Positions 44,834 through 54,525 of a stretch of 57,985 nt of DNA are shown here, piece after piece. A program made the position numbers and the translations under genes. Numbering within the stretch: position 1 is the stretch's first letter; each line of letters begins with the position of its first letter. The DNA lies in IMG/VR virus record IMGVR_UViG_3300012943_000006, positions 1 to 57,985 of that record. One strand, 5' to 3'. The stretch is from a virus (Duplodnaviria; Caudoviricetes). Under the pieces are notes generated by a model. It saw only the letters and a program-made list of their open reading frames with translations, did not search any database and was not told the origin of the DNA.

Positions 44834-46878
44834 GGTTTCGCCTTTGTCCACTGTAGATGGAACTCCTGGTCCGCCGGTGGCGACCAGTCCCCATCGAACC
44901 ACGACCACACCATAGCGTCCATGTCCGTCCCACCCAACACCACCATCTCGTCCTCGTCAAGACACCCGAACCCTGTAAACGGGGTTGACAACACCCGGCG
45001 GACATCGATCTTCGTGCCAGCCAAAGAATGCACCCGCGCGTTCCCGTTGGCGAAACTGTTAGCAGAGTTGAAGCTGTGCGCCCACGAAGACAACGGGTTC
45101 TGATGGACAGACAGGATGTCCATCCCCGGGTAGTCACCCTGCTTGGGCGGGGTCCCCCTCCGGTCGTCTTTCTCCCAAAACTCGCTACGTGAGATGAACT
45201 GGTCTGCCCCGCGCTGCAAGCTCTCCGTGATCGCCCCAGGAGGACCTGCCGGGCCGCTCGGATCTCCGAACTTCATCCCCCGGTAGGCATAGACATGGGT
45301 GATCCCCGCGTCCTTGAACATCTGCTGCGTCAGGTCGTACTGCGCACGTACGAACTTCCTGGCCCCGGCCATCTGTTGCGGAGTGAAAAGCTCCCGGCTT
45401 GTGGCCTCCGGCCCTTGCGCCTGCCACTCCTCCAAGGTCATGCCCTGCGCATCAGCATAGTGCTGCTGTGTCTCTTCCCACGCCTTGTGGATGAACTCGT
45501 TCGGCTCTAGACCGAACTCCTGCTCCGCCGCCAGCTGGAACTGCAACGCGATCGCATCGCTGTCACCAGAAGATCTAGCCCAGTTCGCGACCGCTAACGC
45601 CGCCGTCTGTTTCTCCACCGTGTCCGCCGTGGCCATCGACCCACCCGGCTCGAACTCCTGCTTCCAATCCTCATACGGGTCGAGCGCCCGGACCAAGCTC
45701 TTGAAATCAGCGTCCCCGTTGAGCTTCGCCGCGAGCTTGTCCTGAACCCCGATCTTCGCCCGCACACTTTCGTCGGCCCGTATCCCTCTGTCGTTCGCGG
45801 ACGCCAAGTCCCGGTATTTCTGCTCCTCCCACAGCTGCTCCATCTCCGCCTGGTGAGACAACACCGTCGACCAGTCCTCCGGCTCGGACTGGAAAAGCTC
45901 CTCGCCCTTCGGCGCGAACTTCCCTCCCTCGCTCGAGCCTTCTGGATGGCGGGGATGCTTCGATTCATCCCACCCTGCGGACACCATCACCGCCGGGTCA
46001 TCCGTATAGACCAGCGTGCACCGGCAGTTGATCACCTCGTTGTCAGGACCGGCAGGATCTCCAGGGTACATCAGCTGCGCCCCCCCCACGGTGAACGGCG
46101 CGTCAAGCTTGACAACCTGGTCCTCCGCCTCCACATGGGTCGGACGGACCTTCTCGTCGTCCGCGTTCTTCCACCGTTTGAACACCGGCGCGCTCTCCGC
46201 CAGCACCGACGCCGCAGCGAAGCTCCCGCCGTTTTTCATCGCCACCAGGTCCGTCCTGGCGAGCATCGTCGCCTGCCACGGCTTCGCGTCCACCAACTGC
46301 TCGTAGATCTGGCTCGCGGTCTGCGGCACGTCCCACCCCTGGGTGATCGAGTCGAGGATGATGTTCGCCACGATGTCCCGGACACCAGCGGTGATCCTCT
46401 CCGCCTGGACCCCCGCCTGCGCCGCAACCAGGTCGCGGACGTACGGGGAGACAGCGGCGAACGAGATCCCTAGCTCGAGAGCCATCTGCGCCGCCGCCTC
46501 GTTCGCCAGCTTCTTCCTCGCGGCGGCCAGAGCTTTGTCCGTAGAATCCTGCAAGGTCATCGCGTCCAGGATCTCGCTCAACTGCGGGTTGCGGTTCTGC
46601 TCCGCCCCCGCCGCCGTTGTCACCCGTGACGCCGCCTGGTAGTTCTTGCTGCACCGGATGGCGTTCCGTTGCAGAACCTGCTCGTACTTCCGGATTAGCG
46701 GCTCCTCGCCCTCCATCGGCACCGACGCCGCCATCACCGGCGGGACCTGCCAGTAGCCCCATTTCAAGATCGCGTCGACAGGGACCGTCGGCCCTATGCC
46801 GTTCCCGGACTCGATGTGGCCCATCCCGTCGCCGTCGTCGACCAGACGCGCCCCGCCCCTGACCGCCAGCACACTCAC
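44830..46878 (-). CDS. MuF (Phage_Mu_F) head protein fused to a C-terminal ADP-ribosyltransferase-like domain
   Basis: LARTD, KRW...D.KVRPTH, F.VGG..L.YPGDP.GP..EVINCRC; then YRG, PLSSW, EDEMVV (R-S-E). Confidence 0.85.
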   Translation of the reverse strand: MSVLAVRGGARLVDDGDGMGHIESGNGIGPTVPVDAILKWGYWQVPPVMAASVPMEGEEPLIRKYEQVLQRNAIRCSKNYQAASRVTTAAGAEQNRNPQLSEILDAMTLQDSTDKALAAARKKLANEAAAQMALELGISFAAVSPYVRDLVAAQAGVQAERITAGVRDIVANIILDSITQGWDVPQTASQIYEQLVDAKPWQATMLARTDLVAMKNGGSFAAASVLAESAPVFKRWKNADDEKVRPTHVEAEDQVVKLDAPFTVGGAQLMYPGDPAGPDNEVINCRCTLVYTDDPAVMVSAGWDESKHPRHPEGSSEGGKFAPKGEELFQSEPEDWSTVLSHQAEMEQLWEEQKYRDLASANDRGIRADESVRAKIGVQDKLAAKLNGDADFKSLVRALDPYEDWKQEFEPGGSMATADTVEKQTAALAVANWARSSGDSDAIALQFQLAAEQEFGLEPNEFIHKAWEETQQHYADAQGMTLEEWQAQGPEATSRELFTPQQMAGARKFVRAQYDLTQQMFKDAGITHVYAYRGMKFGDPSGPAGPPGAITESLQRGADQFISRSEFWEKDDRRGTPPKQGDYPGMDILSVHQNPLSSWAHSFNSANSFANGNARVHSLAGTKIDVRRVLSTPFTGFGCLDEDEMVVLGGTDMDAMVWSWFDGDWSPPADQEFHLQWTKAKP

Positions 46879-48701
46879 GCCCACTCCCCGCTGTAATCCC
46901 CGGCGGGCTGATAGTACGAGATCTCGATCCCACGGGCTGCGAGCTGGTCAAGCACCCTTTCCATGGTAGCACGGTCGGACACCAACGGTAAACCGGTCAA
47001 CGGGCTTTCCAGGTCCCAGTCCTGCTCGTCCAGGACCTCCACCCTGGCGATGTCCGCCGGTGTGAGCTTCCCGTAGATCTGTGCCTCCACATACGGGATC
47101 GACGTACGCTCGAACGCGAGCGCGTCGTGCCACATCTCACCGTCAGCATAGAACTCCTCGCCGCCGTAGCGCAGGTTGGTCGCCATCTCGCCGCTGGTGG
47201 AATCCAACGGCTCGTTCCAAGCTCCGGCCGCCACCTCCTCGACCTGCGCCAGATTCGCGGACAGATAAGACGGGTCGCGCACCGGGGACGGGATCACATC
47301 ACTCCCCATCAGCAGGCTGTCGTTCACCGTGAACGTCGCCCGGTCCTTCACATTGTCCTTGAAGACAACCTTGATCGGCCCGTAGTCAGTCACCCCGTCG
47401 GTGTCCGGTCCCAGATAGCCGTATTTCGGCAGGTCCGCCGGGTTGGTCGTGTCCAGCCCGAACATCCGGGCCTCCCCCTCGACAGACCGGCCCATCCCCC
47501 GCGACCCCTGCGCCTGGTGCTGGTTGAGAAACTCGCCGTCCTTCAGCGCCTCCTCGAGCGCGGACTCCGGCACCCGCATCTGCAGATCCGCGCTGTCCAG
47601 GAAATCTTTCAGATCGGCCTCCATCTGCTGCTCCACAAGCTCCGGCACCGCGTTCTTCGCCCGTAGCTCCTCCTCCAGACCGGGCCGTCCCAAACCCAGG
47701 GCCGGACCTTCGTCCACGCCGCCCGCCTCGACGAACTCGCCGCCTGCCTCGCCCCCGGGATCTCTGGGATGCTTCGATTCGTCCCACCCGGCCGCACGCA
47801 GGACCTCCGGGTCGACCATCTGCTCCGGCACCCTGGCAACCCACAGGTTCGGACCTGCCGACTCCAGGATGGTCCCCGTGGGCAACACGATCTCCGACTC
47901 CCCCGGGTCCCAGCCCACGTGGGCACCCGCCGGGACCAACACCCGGTGGACATGCTCGGTCTTCCCCGTCCCGGCTCGGTCCGCATAGTTGGTCGCCACG
48001 TACTTGGAGAATGACGTCGCGATCGGCCGGGACGATGGCTCGTCTGACTGGCCGTACGCGCCGCGCCACACCGCGATATCCGTGTCCAACGGGGGATGGA
48101 CGTAGATCGCGCGGTCGACCTCGAGCGCGTCCTCACCCCAGGTCCAGCCCTTCGCCCAGTCCGGGGGCAGCGTCGCGTTGCCGCCGTCGCTCCACTGCTT
48201 GTCCGCCCAAAACCGCCACGGGTCGCTATAGAAGTCGTTCTCCCCGCCCTCCGACCACGCTTCCTTCAACATGCTGGCCTCTTCCTGCTGCAGCCGGTCG
48301 GCCTGCGCCCATCTTTGTTCCGTCGTGGCCTCCGGCTCACCCCTCTCTGACAGCAGCGTCCGGGCCATCGCGGCGGCGTCGTCGTCGTGGACCCCCACCT
48401 CACGCAGGAAATCTGAGCTTTCGGTCTCGAGCGTCGAGCGCCACTGTCCGCCGCGCTCCGTCCCACCTGGCTGTCTCGGGTGTTTGGATTCGTCGAAACC
48501 TGCAGCAGTGACCGCGTCCACCTCCGCCCAGTCTGACAACGGCGGCGTGCCCGACCACGGGTCGTCAGGCTCGAGTTCGGTCATCCACTCGTCGTACTCC
48601 GGGTCAGACGTGTCGATCGGGGCCATGTAGTCACCGATCACACCCGGGATCTCCGCCCTCCGGGGCACCCACAGCACGCCATCGACAAGCTTCGGGTTCA
48701 C
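46875..48701 (-). CDS. HPR-motif polyprotein: ADP-ribosyltransferase + DUF3626-like domain
   Basis: VWRG, ATS, VLVPAG, ESEIVLP; F.NQH..GSRG, PKYGYL, YG....K..V.DRATFT.NDS, YVEAQIYG.L. Confidence 0.8.
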   Translation of the reverse strand: MNPKLVDGVLWVPRRAEIPGVIGDYMAPIDTSDPEYDEWMTELEPDDPWSGTPPLSDWAEVDAVTAAGFDESKHPRQPGGTERGGQWRSTLETESSDFLREVGVHDDDAAAMARTLLSERGEPEATTEQRWAQADRLQQEEASMLKEAWSEGGENDFYSDPWRFWADKQWSDGGNATLPPDWAKGWTWGEDALEVDRAIYVHPPLDTDIAVWRGAYGQSDEPSSRPIATSFSKYVATNYADRAGTGKTEHVHRVLVPAGAHVGWDPGESEIVLPTGTILESAGPNLWVARVPEQMVDPEVLRAAGWDESKHPRDPGGEAGGEFVEAGGVDEGPALGLGRPGLEEELRAKNAVPELVEQQMEADLKDFLDSADLQMRVPESALEEALKDGEFLNQHQAQGSRGMGRSVEGEARMFGLDTTNPADLPKYGYLGPDTDGVTDYGPIKVVFKDNVKDRATFTVNDSLLMGSDVIPSPVRDPSYLSANLAQVEEVAAGAWNEPLDSTSGEMATNLRYGGEEFYADGEMWHDALAFERTSIPYVEAQIYGKLTPADIARVEVLDEQDWDLESPLTGLPLVSDRATMERVLDQLAARGIEISYYQPAGDYSGEWA

Positions 48702-51700
48702 CTTGGCTCCAGTAGGTTGATCCCCAACACTGGGTCGAGCACCCACCTGAACCCCTCCGGAGCGACCGCCCCAGTGCCCGGGCTGATCCTCTCGACGTCG
48801 ACCTCCGCCAGACGGGCCATCGTGTCGTCAACCCACTGTCGGTACTCTCGGCCCTCCGGGGTGTTCCACGTGTCCGCGCTCTTGAACGGCCCGCTATGTT
48901 CGTAATACTGCTTCCTGCCCAGACGCACGTCCCGCTTCCTGCGCACATGGTCCGCCACCGACTCTGCCCAAAGCTCCTGCCGACCGGCGATCCCGTTCGG
49001 CCCGTCCTGCACGTAGTAACGCCTGAGCTTCGAGTAGAACTGCTGGTGATACCTGTACAGCCGGTCGCTGTTGTCTATCGTGTAGACATCACCGATCGCG
49101 TGGCCAACCTCGTGAGCCGCCAGAGCCTGCGACCCGTACCGAGGGTCGGTGCTGATGATCGTTGTCCCGCTTGACGGGGAGTTGAACCCGGCGACCTGTT
49201 TCATCGTCCTGCGGTCCCGGTTTCTGGCCTTCTCGTCCCGGATGTGCCACATCTCGTCCAGGTCGGTACTCTCGCCGGTGCCGAAATAGAGCTTCTGCCC
49301 CGACGCTGCCAGCCCCCTGTGGATCTCGTCCGGGATGTCCCCCGCCTCCCCGACAAGCTCTTGTGTGCGGCCGTAGTGGAACCCCGTCACACCCATGTTG
49401 TCGCCGTAGATCTCTTTCAGCCGGTCGTGCGCCATCTGGTCTGTCCTGGGTGGCTCGCGGTACGCCAGCCCCAGCGCGTTCTCCCGCTTGTACAGATGCT
49501 CGATCCACCCGCGCTCGGTTAGGATCCGCCTCGCCTCCGCTGGGTCGAACCGGTGCAACAACGTCGACTCCACGTTGCGGGTTACTCTGACGTTCTGCTC
49601 TTGCCTGACCTTCAGCTGCAGATCTCCCGGCATCATCGGGTCGTTCTTCGCGATCTTCCAGATCTCGCTGTCGGGCCAGTTGTTACGTGCCTGCTCGTCC
49701 GCGTTCCGTTCCTTCCACCATCGCGTGACTTCGCTCTGTGTCTGTGGTGTCACGGTGTCAGACGACGTCGATACCACCTGCTGCTTCGGGTAGACGTCGA
49801 GTGCTGAGTTCACCAGGTCGCTCTTCGCTTTCGCGTCGAACCCCGGCTTGAATTTCCCGTTTTCAGACAGGTAAACATCCGGGATGCCCTGGGAGCGCGG
49901 GTCGATCGTGACCTTCTTCGCCTTCTGCTCGAAAAGCTCCGGGTATTGCTCTCGCGCGTAGTCCTCGCCCATCGACTTGATGATCGCCTGTTTGTCCAGC
50001 TGGTCGTACACCCGGCGGCCCTCGTTACGCGCCTGCGACAACGACCGGCCGATCTCCTTCGCATACTGGCCTGAGAGCAACCCGCCCGAAGACCATACTC
50101 GTTCACCGAACTCACCGTTGGGATCCTGGACCCACTCGCCGTCGGACAGCTGCTTGCGAAGCTCGCCCTGCAGGAACGCAACCTCCGCGTCGGTCCAGTT
50201 GCCCCAGTTGTCCAAGACCGCCTGCCGCGTCGGGTCTACGATCGCGACCGTTGACCCGTCCTCCATTACGAACCGCTCGCCGGTGCTCTCCGCCCAGCCA
50301 ACCCACTCGTCCTTCAAGTTCGTGGACACCCCCACCTTGTACTTCGTCCGCTCCCCCGCGTGGGCGTAATACTCAGCCATCGCCTCGGCCTGCTTCTCGT
50401 TCTGGAACGCCCTGCGTACGCGAGCTTTCTCCATCCAGTCCGTGGAGAGCGCGTCCCCGGCGGTGTCTTTCGGCCGGAACTGCCCGCCGTCCGACTGTCC
50501 ACGCGCGTAACGAGGGTGTTCGCTCTCGTCCCAGCCGCTGGCGGTCTCCGCGTCCAAGCTCGTCGACCCCGCGTACCGCCAGCCGGTGTTCTTCGACAGA
50601 CGCCCGCCCTTCAACCCCGGCCGCCAATACACATGAGCTTTGTTCGTGTCACGGTCGACAACAACGATCGACAGCGCCGGTTTCACCCCCAGCCTTTTCG
50701 CCTCCGCCGCCTTTTGCGCGATCTCGTACTTTTTCGGCGTGGCCTTGAACGACGTCGACTCCGTGGACACCGCCTTCACCTCGTAGCCGTAGCCACCGAC
50801 GACAACGTCGATCGGGGACTGCTCGCCCTTCCCCTCCGGGTGCATGATCTTGCCGCCGGTAAGCTCGGTGAACTCCCTCTCCCCCACACGGCCCAGCGTG
50901 GTGTTCGTCCCGTACGCCCGGTCGCTCGAGTAGCCGCCTGCTTTGCGCTCGCCAGCCTGGCCCTTCGGCTCCGGCGGGTCCTGCCATTCCAGCGTCGGCA
51001 GCCCTTCGTCCTGTTTGCCGGTGAACTGCCCGCCGGTCGCCGTGTCCTTAGGGTCGCGCGGATGGTCAGACTCCACCCACCCCGCCGCGACCAGGGCCGC
51101 CGTCGCCGCCCGCTTGTCCCGCGCCAACGCGAACATGTCATCCGCCATCAACCGCACCTCTTCAGGCGTCAAGCTGAACCTACCCGGACCGCCGCGAGTC
51201 GGCACCCCCAAACGCGCATAAAGGTCTCCTGCCCGTCTGTTCCCCGCAGACCACGCCGCGCCTTTCCCCCTGGCAGCGGCCTCGTCCAAGAACGCCGCGA
51301 ACAACGGCATCCCCGCCCCCTTGGTCGCCCCGGCCGCCCCACCGTACAGAGGCAAGGAAGACCCGGGCATGTCAGCGAAATCCATCACCCCGACCACCTG
51401 GGCGTTCTCGTCCCGGACAACAATAATATGGGCCTGTGTCTCTCCGTACGACTCTTCTATGTCGTCTTCGTTCACATCAGGCTGTGTGAACATCTCATCT
51501 ATCGCGCCGCCCTCCAGCGCGGCAAACGCATGCGCCATCGCGCTCGAAAGGTCGCGGCCGGTGCCACGATCACCGATCGGCGGGCCGCCCCTCGACAACG
51601 GGATGTCCGTCTTGCCCTTCGGCCACAGCCCCGCGTCGTGAGCCTCGACCAGCTGGTCTCGCAAAACCCTCAGCGACTCGGTGGTCGGGACTATCGTCTC

Positions 51701-51811
51701 TGTCTGGAACTTCGACCTGAACCGGCCGCCCTCAGGGACACCCCCCTGGAAACGCGGGTGCTTGCTCTCGTCGAAGCCCGCGCCGACCCACGCCTCCTCC
51801 AGGAGGGACAC
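48698..51811 (-). CDS. HPR-motif polyprotein: GNAT + PD-(D/E)XK nuclease + unknown + Zn metallopeptidase
   Basis: KGAG.PLF...N..A..LY.RLG; G.VGE...IDV...YEVK; AHEVGH...ELWAES. Confidence 0.8.
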   Translation of the reverse strand: MSLLEEAWVGAGFDESKHPRFQGGVPEGGRFRSKFQTETIVPTTESLRVLRDQLVEAHDAGLWPKGKTDIPLSRGGPPIGDRGTGRDLSSAMAHAFAALEGGAIDEMFTQPDVNEDDIEESYGETQAHIIVVRDENAQVVGVMDFADMPGSSLPLYGGAAGATKGAGMPLFAAFLDEAAARGKGAAWSAGNRRAGDLYARLGVPTRGGPGRFSLTPEEVRLMADDMFALARDKRAATAALVAAGWVESDHPRDPKDTATGGQFTGKQDEGLPTLEWQDPPEPKGQAGERKAGGYSSDRAYGTNTTLGRVGEREFTELTGGKIMHPEGKGEQSPIDVVVGGYGYEVKAVSTESTSFKATPKKYEIAQKAAEAKRLGVKPALSIVVVDRDTNKAHVYWRPGLKGGRLSKNTGWRYAGSTSLDAETASGWDESEHPRYARGQSDGGQFRPKDTAGDALSTDWMEKARVRRAFQNEKQAEAMAEYYAHAGERTKYKVGVSTNLKDEWVGWAESTGERFVMEDGSTVAIVDPTRQAVLDNWGNWTDAEVAFLQGELRKQLSDGEWVQDPNGEFGERVWSSGGLLSGQYAKEIGRSLSQARNEGRRVYDQLDKQAIIKSMGEDYAREQYPELFEQKAKKVTIDPRSQGIPDVYLSENGKFKPGFDAKAKSDLVNSALDVYPKQQVVSTSSDTVTPQTQSEVTRWWKERNADEQARNNWPDSEIWKIAKNDPMMPGDLQLKVRQEQNVRVTRNVESTLLHRFDPAEARRILTERGWIEHLYKRENALGLAYREPPRTDQMAHDRLKEIYGDNMGVTGFHYGRTQELVGEAGDIPDEIHRGLAASGQKLYFGTGESTDLDEMWHIRDEKARNRDRRTMKQVAGFNSPSSGTTIISTDPRYGSQALAAHEVGHAIGDVYTIDNSDRLYRYHQQFYSKLRRYYVQDGPNGIAGRQELWAESVADHVRRKRDVRLGRKQYYEHSGPFKSADTWNTPEGREYRQWVDDTMARLAEVDVERISPGTGAVAPEGFRWVLDPVLGINLLEPR

Positions 51812-51814
51812 CGT

Positions 51815-53773
51815 CTAGACCACCCGGTCGATGTAACTGACCAGCTGGTCCGGCAGGACAGGCTCGTCGTCGAACAAAGTCCTGGCGGCAAGGTCCATCA
51901 CCAGACCGCCGATCTTTCCCGACTCCGCCCCGCCCACCTGCATGTAGTTTTGCAGGACATGTTCGAACGCCTCGGTGGAGCCGCCGACAAGACCGGTGGC
52001 TGTCAAGCCAAGCTCCCGTACCCGCTCGGCCCCCAAGGTCCTCGCCAGGTCACGGTTCGGGATGTCGGCGTAGTCGCCGTTCACCCTCGAGCGGAGCTTC
52101 GACCCTGCCAACTCGCGCGCCCGGACCGTTGCCATCGCTGACGCCGCGCACACCGCCGCCACCACGTCCCTCTGCGCCTCGATCTCCGCGCTCGCAGCGA
52201 CCGACGCCGCGTCCTCCGTGTTCTTGTCCTCGTCGACGTTCTCGCCCGGTTTGGTCTCCGGCGGACCCTGCACGTCGGGAGCATCGCCAGGCGGCTGGGT
52301 CTCCGGGGTGGCTGCCTGCTCCGGCCGGATGCTCTCCGGCAGCATCTGCGCGTCCTTGAACTGCATCGCCAGCCAGATCTTCCCTTCATCCGACTTCAGG
52401 TCCAGCTGGTCCGTGTCCTTGAATCCCGACGCTTCCCGCAGTGCCTCCCAGTTGATCGCCCCCTCCCGCTGCAGGTCTTTCGCGTCCTTCGACTTGTCCG
52501 GGTGGTTGACCAGCTCGGCCGCGTCAAACCCGACAACAAGGTCCTCCCACCCCTCGATGTCCTCCATCTCCGCCGCAGGCCGCAGGTAGCTCGAGGTCAG
52601 GTCAGAGCACAGCTGCTGAATCACCGGCTTGATATGCGACTTGAAGCTCGACTCGTCGATCTGCCAGGACCCCCAGTGGTTCACATCGCCCATCCCCAGC
52701 AGGATCTCCTGCGGCATATCCAACCCGGTGGCGATCCGGCGGATGCACTCCTGCCTCAACCCCTCTTCCGGGTAGGTCTCTTTCGGGTCGTGAATCTTGA
52801 TCAGCTTCGCCGCGTTCTCCATCATCGCCGCCGGGATCTTCGCGATGATCGGCACCACCGCCAGCGCCGTCCCCGGGTCTTTGATCGGGGTGACCATCCC
52901 CTTCTGCAACCTGGCCATGAACGGCTCGGCCTCGGTGCTCTCCGGCCCGGCCAGCTTGTCCGGCGGCCCGAAATCAAGCTCCTGCGCCAGCAGCAGGATC
53001 CCCGCCCCCGCCAGCCTGGACTTAGCCCGGGCACGGACCGCCAACTGTAGGAGCAGAAGCTCCTCGAACAGATCTAGCACCGCGCGGGTCGGCGCGTCCG
53101 CCCACCACGAGTATTCCGGGTCGCGGTTCCACAGACGCCACACCGCAGCGGTGTTCTTCTCCATCGTCGACAGCTTGACCGTGTCGCCCTGCTCCACAGC
53201 CTCGGTGGGAAGCTCGTCGTCCGGCATCTCTTCGATCTCTTCCGGGTCCAAACCCGGGGCGCGCACCCGGACGTAACGTCCTGGCCTGGTCGCACTGCCC
53301 GACGTCTCCGCGTAGACACGAAGCTCTTTCGGGGACAGGAACTCCCACCGTTCCCCGCCGCGCTCCTGGGTGCAGATCAGGAAACCCTCACCGATCAGGA
53401 ACCTCAAGCGGCCGTACGACGCAAACAGCTGGGACGTCCCCCCGCCCGGGTCCTGGATCCGGTTCATCAACTCTGCCGCCGGGTCTTTTGCGTCGAGTTC
53501 TTTCACCTCGCCGGAGTCGTCTTTCCGCGCGGCGAACACCCGGACCATCGACAACGACCGGGCGTAATACTGCGCGGCGTACCAGCATTCCGGCACCGTG
53601 TGGTAGTACGTGAACACCATGTCCTGCCACGGCTGGGCCAACCTGCGGAATCTCGACCCGTCGTTCCTGACCTCGGAGATCCGGACCGCTGACGCGACCA
53701 GCGCCGGGCTGCGAGCCACGACGCTTTCGTCAGACGGGACAACAACCAGGCTCTTGTGACTCTTAGGAGCCAA
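51815..53773 (-). CDS. portal protein
   Basis: WQ....YY..VPE..YA, GEGFL, KSRLAGAGIL, RRIATGLDMPQEILLG..VNHW.SWQI; resembles mycobacteriophage cluster-B-type portals. Confidence 0.88.
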   Translation of the reverse strand: MAPKSHKSLVVVPSDESVVARSPALVASAVRISEVRNDGSRFRRLAQPWQDMVFTYYHTVPECWYAAQYYARSLSMVRVFAARKDDSGEVKELDAKDPAAELMNRIQDPGGGTSQLFASYGRLRFLIGEGFLICTQERGGERWEFLSPKELRVYAETSGSATRPGRYVRVRAPGLDPEEIEEMPDDELPTEAVEQGDTVKLSTMEKNTAAVWRLWNRDPEYSWWADAPTRAVLDLFEELLLLQLAVRARAKSRLAGAGILLLAQELDFGPPDKLAGPESTEAEPFMARLQKGMVTPIKDPGTALAVVPIIAKIPAAMMENAAKLIKIHDPKETYPEEGLRQECIRRIATGLDMPQEILLGMGDVNHWGSWQIDESSFKSHIKPVIQQLCSDLTSSYLRPAAEMEDIEGWEDLVVGFDAAELVNHPDKSKDAKDLQREGAINWEALREASGFKDTDQLDLKSDEGKIWLAMQFKDAQMLPESIRPEQAATPETQPPGDAPDVQGPPETKPGENVDEDKNTEDAASVAASAEIEAQRDVVAAVCAASAMATVRARELAGSKLRSRVNGDYADIPNRDLARTLGAERVRELGLTATGLVGGSTEAFEHVLQNYMQVGGAESGKIGGLVMDLAARTLFDDEPVLPDQLVSYIDRVV

Positions 53774-53933
53774 TCTTGCCCTTCGGCCCGTTCCAGTAGC
53801 GGGTGGGCGCGCTCATGTCGGTCTCGATCTGGCGCGCTGCACGAGCCTGTAGCCTCTGCTCCCTACGTGCGTCCCGGGCCGACTGGCGCTCGGACGGCGT
53901 GACTATCTTCGATCCTTGACAACCACAGCCCAC
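53763..53933 (-). CDS. small basic protein (GCGC N-terminus)
   Basis: RBS GGAGG; overlaps the portal start. Confidence 0.5.
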   Translation of the reverse strand: MGCGCQGSKIVTPSERQSARDARREQRLQARAARQIETDMSAPTRYWNGPKGKIGS

Positions 53934-53989
53934 CACGACCTCCCGGGGTTGAAGACGCCGCCAGTCTAGCAGCCACACCGGCCTTCTAG

Positions 53990-54226
53990 CTATCCCTCGG
54001 CAGCGAGAATCTCAAAATCGTTGTCAACGTTGGCGTCCTGATCGCGGTACAGCCCCAGATCGAGCGTCCCCCAGTCGATCCAGACCCCTGTTGCGCAGAA
54101 ACAGCGCAGGCAGAGCCACCGTCCGCTGTCCACTATCCCTTCCGTCGGCGGGTCCAACACCGGCACGCATTGAGCCTCGTGTCCTTCACTCAGGCATTCC
54201 CGACACAAGATGAACGTGTCGGTCAC
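53990..54226 (-). CDS. Zn-ribbon hypothetical protein
   Basis: CREC...CLRC; GTGA coupling. Confidence 0.55.
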   Translation of the reverse strand: MTDTFILCRECLSEGHEAQCVPVLDPPTEGIVDSGRWLCLRCFCATGVWIDWGTLDLGLYRDQDANVDNDFEILAAEG

Positions 54227-54525
54227 GAGTCGAGCTTCGCCAGCAGGCCGACAGCTGCGGCGATCGCCCACCAGGTCGCGACCACCAGGACACCGTGTGG
54301 CCAGATCAGCCAGGCGACCCACCACCCGGTGGCGACCCAGAACCCTAGGCACCAGGGGCAGCGGATGAACTCGTCCAGCCCTTGCATGTACGTGGTGCTG
54401 TTGTCCGCTTTGACGTACCAATCTCGCGGCCGGTCAAGCACCGTGTCTACCGCCAGCAGACGCCACATGCGGAAGGCCGCACCCGCCAGGAGCACGGCCT
54501 CCCACCACGACGGGACGTGGCTCAC
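54223..54525 (-). CDS. DUF1360 family membrane protein
   Basis: AAFR.WRLL..D...DRPR...CPWCLGFWVA. Confidence 0.85.
   Translation of the reverse strand: MSHVPSWWEAVLLAGAAFRMWRLLAVDTVLDRPRDWYVKADNSTTYMQGLDEFIRCPWCLGFWVATGWWVAWLIWPHGVLVVATWWAIAAAVGLLAKLDS

Noticed and set aside
41711-51784. HPR motifs as DNA-level mobile repeats, inteins or DGR template/variable repeats
   Set aside because: Synonymous codons differ between copies; no intein termini, reverse transcriptase or adenine-specific variation seen
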